Of a stretch of 64,000 nt of DNA, positions 14,826 through 26,835 are shown piece after piece. The notes under the pieces are model-generated. The model searched no databases. It was not told the origin of the DNA and saw only the letters and a program-made list of their open reading frames with translations. The position numbers and the translations under genes were made by a program. Where the stretch lies: assembly GCA_002269645.1 (NCBI GenBank), contig NIVC01000070.1, positions 186,001 to 250,000 on the forward strand. Direction: 5' to 3'. Source of the DNA: Macrostomum lignano (Eukaryota). Within the stretch, counting starts at the first letter, position 1; every line of letters starts with the position of its first letter.

Positions 14826-15554
14826 GGAGAAAACTGTGGTTGGAGTTTGGACGGAAAGCCCCAACGGGGGTTGGAATTGGCTAGTCTAATATACTAAAAA
14901 TGGTCTGTTTGTGTGTGTGTGATCGATTCTAGCAAAAACGGCTCAACCGATTTTCTTCGAATTTGCACCATTCGATCAGAAATTTTTCCGTGACGGTACA
15001 TGCATCGTTGCTAAGAAATTGCTCGATGCTAAAGGGATTAAATATTCGAAAAACATGCTTTTTTGCAAAGGTCAAGCAGCTCTTTCGACTTGAAATGCAT
15101 TGTAAGAATGCTAGCAGAAAAACTGACTGGTTGAATTCTAAATTCTAAAATGGATTGCATCACAATAAACTTTATTTATCGTCTGTGTACTGGCTGAATT
15201 TGACACTCAATTGAATTGTGTCACAGCTTTGAGTGTGAAAGCATAGCGCAGTACTGAATTTATATTACGTAACCATTTGTTAACTTTCATAGACACTGGT
15301 ACTGACTTGCCTAAGAAATTGATTATGTCATAACTGCTTTGTGTGACTTTTTACTCTACCTGACTTGGTGTGAGTGTTGAATTATATAAGTGGTACAAAT
15401 TCACTGATAACTTCGATGAGAGCTAGCCTAGAGCTGAAGAGCTAGACTGCTAATGCAGCGACCTGGTTTCGAATCTAAGTAGTTTAAAAGTAGTAGTGTA
15501 AAATTTTTTATTAAAAGCTATTATTAAATATTTAGTCCTTTAATAAAACAAAAA

Positions 15555-18330
15555 CTTAGATTACTGCACTCGATAAGCCAAGGATTACTGCACTCGGAAA
15601 ACCAAGGATTACTGCACTCGAGAAGCCAAGTATTATTGCTATTAATAAATCAAGGATCACTGCACTCGAGAAGCCAAGGACTATTGCTCTTAAAAAACCA
15701 AAGATTACTGCACTCGAGAAGCCAAGGATTATTGCTATTAATAAACCAAGGATTATTGCACTCGATAAGCCAAGGATTATTGCTATTAATAAACCAAGGA
15801 TTACTGCACTCGATAAACCAAGGATTATTGCTATTAATAAACCAAGGATTACTGCACTCGATAAGCCAAGGATTATTGCTATTAATAAACCAAGGATTAC
15901 TGCACTCGATAAGCCAAGGATTATTGCTGTTAATAAACCAAGGATTACTGCACTCGATAAGCCAAGGATTATTGCTATTAATAAACCATGGACTACTGCA
16001 CTCGATAAGCCAAGGATTATTGCTATTAATAAACCAAGGATTACTGCACTCAAGAAGCCAAGGATTATTGCTATTAATAAACCAAGGATTACTGCACTCG
16101 ATAAGCCAAGGATTATTGCTCTTTATAAACCAAGGATTACTGCACTTGGAAAACCAAGGATCACTGCACTGGAGAAGCCAAGGATTATTGCTATTAATAA
16201 ACCAAGGATTACTGCACTCGATAAGCCAAGGATTATTGGTCTTAATAAACCAAGGATTACTGCACTCGAGAAGCCAAGGATTATTGCTATTAATAAACCA
16301 AGGATTACTGCACTCGATAAGCCAAGGATTATTGCTATTAATAAACCAAGGATTACTGCACTCGATAAGCCAAGGATTATTGCTATTAATAAACCAAGGA
16401 TTACTGCACTCGATAAGCCAAGGATTATTGCTGTTAATAAACCAAGGATTACTGCACTCGATAAGCCAAGGATTATTGCTATTAATAAACCATGGACTAC
16501 TGCACTCGATAAGCCAAGGATTATTGCTATTAATAAACCAGGGATTACTGCACTCAAGAAGCCAAGGATTATTGCTATTAATAAACCAAGGATTACTGCA
16601 CTCGATAAGCCAAGGATTATTGCTCTTTATAAACCAAGGATTACTGCACTTGGAAAACCAAGGATTACTGCACTGGAGAAGCCAAGGATTATTGCTATTA
16701 ATAAACCAAGGATTACTGCACTCGATAAGCCAAGGATTATTGGTCTTAATAAACCAAGGATTACTGCACTCGAGAAGCCAAGGATTATTGCTATTAATAA
16801 ACCAAGGATTACTGCACTCGATAAGCCAAGGATTATTGCTATTAATAAACCAAGGATTACTGCACTCGATAAGCCAAGGATTATTGCTATTAATAAACCA
16901 AGGATTAATGCACTAGATTAATCAAGGATTATTGCTACTAATAAACCAAGGATTAATGCACTAGATTAATCAACGATTATTGCTATTAATAAACCAAGGA
17001 TTAATGCACTTGATTAATCAAGGATTATTGCTATTAATAAACCAAAGATTACTGCACTTGGAAAACCAAGGATTACTGCACTCGATAAGCCAAGGATTAT
17101 TGCTATTAATAAACCAAGGATTACTGCACTCGAGAAGCCAAGGATTATTGCTATTAATAAACCAAGGATTACTGCACTCGATAAGCCAAGGATTATTGCT
17201 ACTAATAAACCAAGGATTACTGCACTCGATAAGCCAAGGATTATTGCTATTAATAAACCAAGGATTAATGCACTAGATTAATCAAGGATTATTGCTACTA
17301 ATAAACCAAGGACTACTGCACTCGATAAACCAAGGTCAATTGCTCTTGGCAAACCAAGGATTACTGCACTCAAGAAGCCAAGGATTATTGCTATTAATAA
17401 ACCAAGGATTACTGCACTCGATAAGCCAAGGATTATTGCTCTTTATAAACCAAGGATTATTGCTCTTTATAAACCAAGGATTACTGCACTCGATAAGCCA
17501 AGGATTATTGCTATTAATAAACCATGGACTACTGCACTCGATAAGCCAAGGATTATTGCTATTAATAAACCAAGGATTACTGCACTCGATAAGCCAAGGA
17601 TTATTGGTCTTAATAAACCAAGGATTACTGCACTCGATAAGCCAAGGATTATTGCTATTAATAAACCAAGGATTAATGCACTTGATTAATCAAGGAATAT
17701 TGCTATTAATAAACCAAGGATTAATGCACTTGATTAATCAAGGATTATTGCTATTAATAAACCAAGGATTACTGCACTTGAAAAACCAAGGATTATTGCT
17801 ATTAATAAACCAAGGATTACTGCACTTGGAAAACCAAGGATTATTGCTATTAATAAACCAAGGATTACTGCACTTGGAAAACCAAGGATTACTGCACTCG
17901 AGAAGCCAAGGATTATTGCTATTAATAAACCAAGGATTACTAAACTTGGAAAACCAAGGATTACTGCACTCGAGAAGCCAAGGATTATTGCTATTAATAA
18001 ACCAAGGATTACTAAACTTGGAAAACCAAGGATTACTGCACTCGAGAAGCCAAGGATTATTGCTATTAATAAACCAAGGATTACTAAACTTGGAAAACCA
18101 AGGATTACTGCACTCGAGAAGCCAAGGATTATTGCTATTAATAAACCAAGGATTGCTGCACTCGAGAAGCCAAGGATTATTACTATTAATAAACCAAGGA
18201 TTACTGCACTCGATAAGCCAAAGATTATTGCTATTAATAAACCAAGGATTACTGCACTCGATAAGCCAAAGATTATTGGTCTTTATAAACCAAGGATTAC
18301 TTCACTCCATAGCCAAGGATTACATGCGCT
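15555..18330. repeat. 24-nt/48-nt dimeric minisatellite (CCAAGGATTATTGCTATTAATAAA / CCAAGGATTACTGCACTCGATAAG)
   Basis: Direct tandem units. The long L/I/Q-rich ORFs here are by-products of the 24-nt period. Confidence 0.96.
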
Positions 18331-18369
18331 TGATAAGCTTGGCTACATGTATAGGATTATTTCTATCCA

Positions 18370-18680
18370 GGGATGCTTGCTATTTACGAATTCTTGCTAT
18401 GTGCAGGATGCTTGCTATCTGGAAGGATGCTTCTACATTATTTGGGGGATGCTTGCTATCTGGAAGGATGCTTCTACATTATTTGGGGGATGCTTGCTAT
18501 CTGGGTGGATGCTTGCTATCTGCAGATGCTTGCTATCTGGGTGGATGCTTGCTAGGAGTATTAGGGGATGCTTGCTATCTGGGTGGATACTTGCTAGGAG
18601 TATTAGGGGATGCTTGCTATCTGCGGTTGTTTACTTTTGGAGGAGGGTGCTTGCTACTGGGGGGATGCTTGCTGTCTTGG
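18370..18680. repeat. 18-nt minisatellite GGGGGATGCTTGCTATCT in the 3' module of Helitron unit 2 (also 21560-21745 and 23740-24180)
   Basis: Direct tandem units preceding the hairpin-CTAG end in units 2, 3 and 4. Confidence 0.9.
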
Positions 18681-18933
18681 GAATATTTTCTTTTTAGGGG
18701 TAATGACTGTGATCTTTGTGAAAGCTATATTTTCTTGTCTGTTTGTTAATTTTAGAAAAAAGAGATTCATATCAAATATTATTGTCCATGACAATTTTAA
18801 ATGAATAAGGTGATTTTTAAAAGTGATGAGGGACTTAGTTTTTAAGAAAATGTGCTTTTTCATTGATTTCCATAAACTATTTTTGCTTCGTTCTTATTGG
18901 GCGCCCCGAAGGGGGGCCGCACTAGATTGCTAG

Positions 18934-21880
18934 TCCTATATACTAAAAATGAGTTGTCTGTATGTATGTGGGTAGGTATGCGATAGATTTCAGAAAAAAC
19001 GGCTCAACCGATTTTCTTCAAACTTGCACCATTCGATCAGAAATTTTCCTGGGACGGTACATGCATCTTGGCTAAGAAATTGCTCAATATTAAAGGGATT
19101 AAATATTCGAAAAACAGGCTTCTTTGCAAAGGTCAAGCAGCTCTTTCGATCTGAAATGCATTGTAAGAATGCTAGAGAAAAAACTGACTGACTGAATTTC
19201 AATTCTGATAAAGATTGCATCACAACAAGTTGAAAACAGTGCCAAAGAAATGCACACACGACTTGATTGAAATTGCGTAACAATATTGCTAACTTAAATT
19301 GACACTGATACTGGCTGACTAAGAAATTGATTATGTCATAACTTTTTACTCTAACCAACTTGCTGTAAGCATTGAATTATAAGGGCCACAAATCATGTTC
19401 GCCAATTAAAAAGAGAAAGCCTCGATGCAAACAGACTGGACTGCTAATGTAGCGACCTGGGTTCGAAGCTTAGTAGTGCAAAAAGATTTTTTTATTAAAA
19501 AACCCTAATAAAAACATTTTAAATGCTAAAAACAAAAAGCTTAATGTAAAACATTAAAGAGCCATCATGTCAAACATAAAAGATCCACCATGTCTAACAT
19601 TAAAGAGCCACCATGTCGAACATTAAAGAGCCACCCTGTCTAACATTATAGAGCCACCATGTCGAACATTAAAGAGCCACCATGTCAAATATTAAAGAGC
19701 CACCATTTCAAACATTAAAGAGCCATCATTACACTAGGGTGCCACCAGGTCAAACATTAAAGAGCCACCATGTCTAACATTATCGAGTCACCATGTCAAG
19801 TATATTCGTGAATCCATGTCAAACATAAAAGAGCCACCATGTCAAACACTAAAGAGCCACCATGTCCAACATAAAAGAGCCACCATGTCAAACATAAAAG
19901 AGCCACCATGTCAAACATATATGTGACTCTATGTCAAAAAGTAAAGAGCGACCATGTCAAGCATAAAAGAGCCACCATGTCGAACATAAAAGAACCACCA
20001 TGTCGAACATTATAGAGCCACCATGTCAAACATAAAAGAGCCATCATGTCAAACATAAAAGAGCCACCATGTCAAACATTAAAGAGCCACCATGTCAAAC
20101 ATATATGTGACTCCATGTCAAAAAGTAAAGAGCCACCATGTCAAGCATAAAAGAGCCACCATGTCGAACATAAAAGAACCACCATGTCGAACAATATAGA
20201 GCCACCATGTCAAACATTAAAGAGCCACAACGTCAAACATTACAGAGCCACCATGTCGAACATTAAAGAACCACCATGTCTAACATTAAAGAGCCACCAT
20301 GTCGAACATTAAAGAACCACCATGTCTAACATTAAAGAGCCACCATGTCGAACATTAAAGAGCTACCATGTCTAACATTAAAGAGCCACCATGTCTAATA
20401 TTAAAGAGCCACCATGTCAAACATAAAAGGACCACCATGTCAAACATTAAAGAGCCACCATGTCAAACATTAAAGAGCCACCATGTCAAATATTAAAGAG
20501 CCACCACTTCAAACATTAAAGAGCCACCATGTCTAACATTAACGAGTCACCATGTCAAGTATATTCGTGACTCCATGTCTAACATAAAAGAGCCACCATG
20601 AAGAACATAAAAGGGCCATCATGTCAAACATAAAAGAGCCATCATGTCAAACATAAAAGAGCTACCATGTCAAAAATTAAAGAGCCACCATGTCAAACAT
20701 TAAAGAGCCACCATGTCTAACATTAAAGAGCCACTATGTCGAACATTAAAAAGCCACCATGTCAAACATTATAGATCCACCATGTCGAACATTAAAGAGC
20801 CACCATGTCCAACATATATGTGACTCCATGTCAAACATTAAAGAGCCATCATGTCAAACATAAAAGAGCCACCGTGTAGAACATAAAAGGACCACCATGT
20901 CAAATATTAAAGAGACACCATGTCGAACATTAAAAAGCCACCATGTCTAACATTATAGATATACCATGTCGAACATTAAAGAGCCACCATGTCAAACAAT
21001 AAAGAGCCACCATGTCTAACATTAACGAGTCACCATGTCAAGTATATTCGTGACTCTATATCAAACATCAAAGAGCCATCATGCCAAACATAAAAGAGCC
21101 ACCATGTCAAATATTAAAGAGCCACCATTTCAAGCATAAAAGGACCACAATATCGAACATTAAAGAGCCACCATGTCAAAAATTTAATAGCCAACATGTC
21201 TAACATTAAAGAGCCACCATGTCGAACATTAAAGAGCCACCATGTCTAACATTATGGAGCCACCATGTCTAACATTATAGAGCCACCATGTCAAACACTA
21301 AGAGCCACCATGTCAAACATAAAAGAGCCACAATGTCAAACATTAAAGTGACACCATGTCAGACATTAAAAAACTCCGAATCAAACATCAAAGAGCCACC
21401 ATGTAGAACATTAAAGAGCCACCATGTAGAACATAAAAGAGCCACCATGTCAAACATAAAAGATACACAATTTCAAACGTAAAAGTAAGCGTCATGCCAA
21501 TTTTAAGGGAGCCACTATAGAGCAAAGGAAATTGTTGCACTAGCTACTTATTGTCTGGTGGATGTTTACTATTTTGGGATTCTTGCTATCTGGGGATGCT
21601 TGCTATCCGGGAGGGGGGATGCTTCCTATCTGGGGATGCTTGCTATCTGGGGGATGCTTGCTATTTGGCGGATGCTTGCTATCTGGGGGATGCTTGCAAT
21701 CTGGGGGATGCTTGCTATCTGGGGGATGCTTGCTGTCTTGGGATGATTTCTTTTTGCATTGCACTTCATTTGAGTATTTTGTCTGTTTTCTTTGTGAAGG
21801 CTTTTTTGCTATCTTTTTGTTACTTGTAGAGAACAGAGATTCTATACAGATGTCCCCCAACGGGGGGCGAAGATTGCTAG
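18934..21880 (+). mobile_element. Non-autonomous Helitron-like element, unit 3
   Basis: 5' TCCTATATACTAAAAATG. 3' ccccc-aac-ggggg hairpin followed by CTAG at 21877-21880. Confidence 0.75.
19545..21480. repeat. 23-nt minisatellite ATGTCAAACATTAAAGAGCCACC
   Basis: Direct tandem units. Confidence 0.95.
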
Positions 21881-24305
21881 TCCTATATACTAAAAATGAG
21901 TTGTCTGTATCTATCTAGCTATGCGATAGATTTCAGAAAAAACGGCTCAAGCGATTTTCTTCAAACTTTCACCATTCGATCAGAAATTTTCCTGGGACGG
22001 TACATGCATCTTGGCTAAGAAATTGCTCAATATTAAAGGGATTAAATGTTCGAAAAACATGCTTTTTTGCAACGGTCAAGCAGCTCTTTCGATCTGAAAT
22101 GCATTGTAAGAATGCTAGAGAAAAAAACTGACTGACTGAATTCCAATTGTGATAAGGATTACATCACAACCAGTTGAAAACAGTGTCGAAGAAATGCACA
22201 AAAAAACTTGATTTAAATTGCGTAACAATATTGCTAACTTAAACTGACACTGATACTGGCAGACTGAGAAATTGATTATGTCATAAGATTTTACTCTAAC
22301 CGACTTGCTGTAAATACTGAATTATAAGGGCCACAATTCATGTTCTCCAATTGACAAGAGATAGCATAGATGCGAACAGACTGGACTGCTAATGCAGCGA
22401 CCTGGGTTCGAATCTTAGTAGTGCAAAAAGATTTTTTATTAAAAAACCTTAAAAACACAAAATGCTAAACACAAAAAAGCACAATGTCAAACATTAAAGA
22501 GCCACCATGTCTAACATTAACGAGTCACCATGTCAAGTATATTAGTGACTCTATGTCAAGTATATTAGTGACTCCATGTCGAACATAAAAGAGCCACCAT
22601 GAAGAACATAAAAGAGCCATCATGTCAAACATTAAAGAGACACCATGTCGAACATAAAAGAACCACCATGTCGAACATAAAAGAGCCACAATGTCGAATA
22701 TTAAAGAGCCACCATGTCAAATATTAAAGAGCCACCATTTCAAACATTAAAGAGCCATCATTACATTAAGGTGCCACCAGGTCAAACATTAAAGAGCCAC
22801 CATGTCTAACATTAAAGAGCCACCATGTCCAACATTAAAGAGCCACCATGTCGAACAATAAGAAGCCACCATGTCGAACATTAAAGAGCCACAATGTCAA
22901 ACATTAAAGAGCCACCATGTCGAACAATAAAAAGCCACCAGGCCAAACATTAAAGAGCCACAATGTAAAACATTAAAGAGCCACCATGTCGAACAATAAG
23001 AAGCCACCATGTCGAACATTAAAGAGCCACAATGTCAAACATTAAAGAGCCACCATGTCGAACATTAAAGAGCCACCATGTCAAATATTAAAGAGCCACC
23101 AAGTCAAACATAAAAGAGCCACTATGTTACACATTAAAGAGACACCATGCCAGACATTAAAGAGCCACCCTGTCAAACATAAAAGAGCCACCATGTCAAA
23201 CATATATGTGACTCCATGTCAAACATTAAAGAGCTTGTTTGCTTACTCATAAAACAGATAAAACTCATAAAAGAGCCACCATGTCAAACATATATGACTC
23301 CATGTCAAACATTAAACATAAAAGAGCCACCATGTCAAACATATATGACTCTATGTCAAACATTAAACATAAAAGAGACACCATGTCACATATAAGGGAG
23401 CCACCATATCAAACATAAAAGGGCTACCACGTCAAAACATTATTGAGCCATCATGCCCAATATAAAAAGACAACATTTCAAACGTAAAAGGTCCGCCATG
23501 TCAAACATAGAAGAGCCACCATGTCAAACATTAAAGAGCTATCATGTCAAACACATAAGAGCCACCATGTCAAACATGGAAGACACCATGTCAAATATAG
23601 AAGAGCCACCATGTCAACATTAAAGAGCCACCTTTTTCAACATAAAAGAGACACCGTTTCAAACATAAAAGAAGTGTCATGCCAGACAAAATGGAGCCAT
23701 TACTCGTATAAAGCTAAGGAAATTGTTGCACTAGCTACTTGTTCTCTGGTGGATGCTTGCTATTTAAGGATGGATACTTGCTATTGGGTGGATGCTTGCT
23801 ATCGGAAGGATGCTTGCTACTGGGGTAACTTGCTATTGGGAGATGCTTGCTCTTGGGGGGGGGGGTGGAGGGTACTTGCTATCTGAGAGGGGGTTGCTAG
23901 ATATCTATAAGGTCTCTTTGTATCCAGGTTATGCTTGCTATCAGGGGTTGCTTGCGGTCTGGGGGATGCTTGCTATTTGGGGGATGCTTGCTATCTGCGG
24001 GATGCTTGCTATCTGGGGGATGCTTACTATCTGGGTTCTGGGGGAATGCTTGCTATCTGGGGGATGCTTGCTATCTGGAGTTGCTTGCTATCGGGGGAAT
24101 GCCTACTATCTGGGGGATCCTTGCTATTTGAGGATCGATGCTTGAATGCTGTCTGAGGATGCTTGCTGTCTTGGGATGTTTTGTTTTTAGAAGAAAAGTC
24201 TGTTGTTTTTTTTGAAGGCTTTATTTCGCTGTCTATTTGTTATTTGTAAAGAACAAGGATTCTATCCAGATGTCCCCCATCGGGGGGGGGGGCGAAGATT
24301 GCTAG
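21881..24305 (+). mobile_element. Non-autonomous Helitron-like element, unit 4
   Basis: 5' TCCTATATACTAAAAATG. 3' ccccc-atc-ggggg hairpin followed by CTAG at 24302-24305, then a host T. Confidence 0.75.
22485..23660. repeat. 23-nt minisatellite ATGTCAAACATTAAAGAGCCACC (second array)
   Basis: Same monomer as 19545-21480. Confidence 0.93.
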
Positions 24306-24450
24306 TGGCCTACTCAAAATTCGGAGGCAATTTTCTCAAAAATACGAATTTTCCAGCCATATTGGCGTATGACCGGTATAGCTATTCGGCTACACAATAT
24401 TGAAAATACAGAAAAATCGGTGCGCTTCTTTCTTTTTTCTCTTTTTTCTA

Positions 24451-25475
24451 CAGTGTCTTACGTCGTTCGAACGGGCATTCGATGGGCTACAATTTGACAC
24501 CACACTCGAAAAGTTTCGCCCCATTTAAAAAAATTTCCTTAACAACGTCTGATGTTCAGTCGAGCCCCCGGCCTCTTTTTTTCCCTGATTTACGGGCCAC
24601 TGCTCAGTACAGGTAAGTCCAAATGCTTAGAAAATTTAGAAAAACAAATTTCCATATGTTTGACACGTTGTGTTAAAGTCTCAAGACCGTAGCATAAAAC
24701 ACTTTCTTATTTTTGGGGACTGCTTTTTGAAAACGTGACCCAATTTTTCGAAAACGATGTTTTTAGGCACTCTTTGGCACCTGGGCAAATTATTCATGGC
24801 CCAATCGGCCAGATCTCAACGTTTCCGAATAGAGGACATCCAGTTGAGTAATTTGGTTTAGAAAAAATCAAAAATAAAGTTTTCCATCCCGACGAGATAG
24901 GCCTCTAAAAAGTGCACAACAAATTTGTACTTTTAAAGTGCAGATAGGCAGCCATGTGAAAAGTACATTTTAGCCAAAAAAACTATAGCGCATTAAACAG
25001 CCCCATGTGTTGTTGAGGCTAGGAGGCAGCTCAAAGACCGCGCGAAAGCGCGTCCTTTTCGCTGCGGTGAGGCAAAGTTGAAAAAATGCCAATTTTTCGA
25101 CCTCAAAAAACACGGTTTTTTGTACTTTTAGCCTAGACGTTAAAGTACAATAAAAAAATCCATTTCGGATCATTGTAGCGTTCAAATGCCCGCGTCTGCT
25201 GAGCCGGCTCACTAAGCGCTGCCATATTGTCAATCCTTATTTTTTGAGATCAAAGTTTTACGGGGTGTCAAAAAAATGCAGTTTTTGGTTGCCAACGCGT
25301 CGCCATGACAACCAAACATTGTGAGTCTGATAGCCCTAGGTCTTTGACGCGTTTTGGTAAAAACTGTTTATAAATCAGTTGTACCGTTTGGAAATGGCAG
25401 CGTTTAAAATTTGAAAAACGTCATTTTCCTATGTTACACCGTTGCTACATCTTATCAGAGACGATTTCGCAACTG
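24451..25475. mobile_element. Possible Tc1/mariner-type non-autonomous element
   Basis: TA|CAGT...ACTG|TA ends, but only weak TIR similarity beyond 4 bp. Internal inverted similarity between ~24470-24500 and ~25165-25195. Confidence 0.3.
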
Positions 25476-26238
25476 TAAGTACCATAGAAAAAATACTCGC
25501 TTCGCTCGCATTTTTCCTCGCTTCGCTCGCATTTTTCCTATGCCACTTACTGGCTCATCGTCCCACAACTAGGCTAAAAATCCTGTCTTATGATTAAGAT
25601 GCGCAACTGACGCTCTGATTACGTATTTATCACGTGTAGCGGTTTGCGATATACAGCTGAGATCTACGGCGTCCAAGGCTGCCACACGTTTACAGAAAAT
25701 ACCATAAGTTGCATGCTTAAATATGAGTCTCATTTCTTAGAAACGAAATCTACTTAAACAAAATATTAAAACATATTATTAGAACCCTAGCATAAATTGA
25801 CGTGCACAACTATAACAGCATAAAGAATAGCATTTGATTCTACTAAAGTTCAAAGAAACGCAATCGCTTCAAATTCAGAATTGTTAAACCGTTACATTGT
25901 GTAAAGATTTTTTAATATAGTCCTTATTTCCTTACAACAAATAAGTTATTAATAGGAAGTACCATAAATACTTAGTGTAATAGGGGCCTCCACTTGCAAT
26001 ATGCTTATCCTAGATGAGCATCGGTATCCAATGGATAATATAATGCGGCTGTTTAAGGCGTTTACTAAGAATGGTATTTGAGGAAAAAGAAAACCTAATT
26101 TATGTTTTATATTTACTGATGAGGACGCACTTTTTTTCCAAACCCCGCGCTAGCACATGGGCTCTAAACTTACTAGCCTACTAACAGTGGGCAATGGGCA
26201 TTTTTATCCTTTTTCTGCGAATAGTCATAGAATCTATA

Positions 26239-26372
26239 CTAGATATAATGTCTGGTCATACTAGTAGTCATAATAACATAGGCGTAACTTTTTGGGTCAT
26301 AAATCATCGCTTTCAAAGTTGGTCTGACAGCCACCTGCGCCTCACTCAGTGTTGAGGCGGGCGCCAGATGGT
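26239..26372 (-). CDS. Candidate terminal exon of multi-CUB gene 3 (DHLAPASTLSEAQ...RHYI*)
   Basis: Strong acceptor (ctctcatttgcatttcctcag), phase-1 compatible with the exon ending at 28159, open to TAG. No domain support. Confidence 0.35.
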
Positions 26373-26699
26373 CTGAGGAAATGCAAATGAGAGCTTTTTT
26401 CTCATCATTTTGACAGGCCATCAAGATTTACGAGGTCAGAGCCTATTGTTCGTGTTCACTCAAGCGTGTGACAGCTTTGACAGCTATGCGTTTTACCCCT
26501 AAAAGTACTTTGGGATTAGCGATTAGCAATTTCTCTTCATTATATTCACTTTCTATTTAATAAGAGCTTTCTAATGTATATTTTTTCATTAATTTCTGTC
26601 AATCCTACGTGAAAAGTCAAATCATTTTGTTGCGATTTTGAGTGATTTATGGCCGCACCTGTCATCTTTTTACGACCCTGTGGGAACTGATAGGATCTC

Positions 26700-26835
26700 T
26701 CGGTCACGTGATTCTGGGTAGCAACAAGCTTAGCCAATCAGAAAATTCGGCGCTCATTTTAACAAAACGGCTCAGCCAATCAGAATCGATGTGTTCCATT
26801 ATAACAAACTGCGGTCCAGTTGGCGGCTATTTAAA
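26700..26835 (+). promoter_or_regulatory. Pol II promoter-like motif cluster (CACGTG, two AGCCAATCAG, TATTTAAA)
   Basis: Motifs and their order are read directly. The downstream transcript is unknown; possibly an LTR remnant. Confidence 0.4.

Larger units (their letters stand above)
10415..14884 (+). mobile_element. Non-autonomous Helitron-like element, unit 1 (5' end diverged and uncertain; 3' half duplicated)
   Basis: Shares body motifs with units 2-4 (ctaagaaattgct, gggattaaatattc, gagaaattgattatgtcataac). Ends in a cccc-aac-gggg hairpin followed by CTAG at 14881-14884; a second such end is at 13366-13369. Confidence 0.55.
14885..18933 (+). mobile_element. Non-autonomous Helitron-like element, unit 2
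   Basis: 5' TCTAATATACTAAAAATG, then a gtgt/gtat microsatellite and aaaacggctcaaccgattttc. 3' gccccgaagggggg hairpin followed by CTAG at 18930-18933. Confidence 0.72.

Noticed and set aside
15556-18749. 426- and 485-aa Leu/Gln-rich ORFs resembling LRR or membrane proteins
   Set aside because: They coincide exactly with a 24-nt satellite inside a Helitron-like element and are open on both strands because the period is a multiple of 3.
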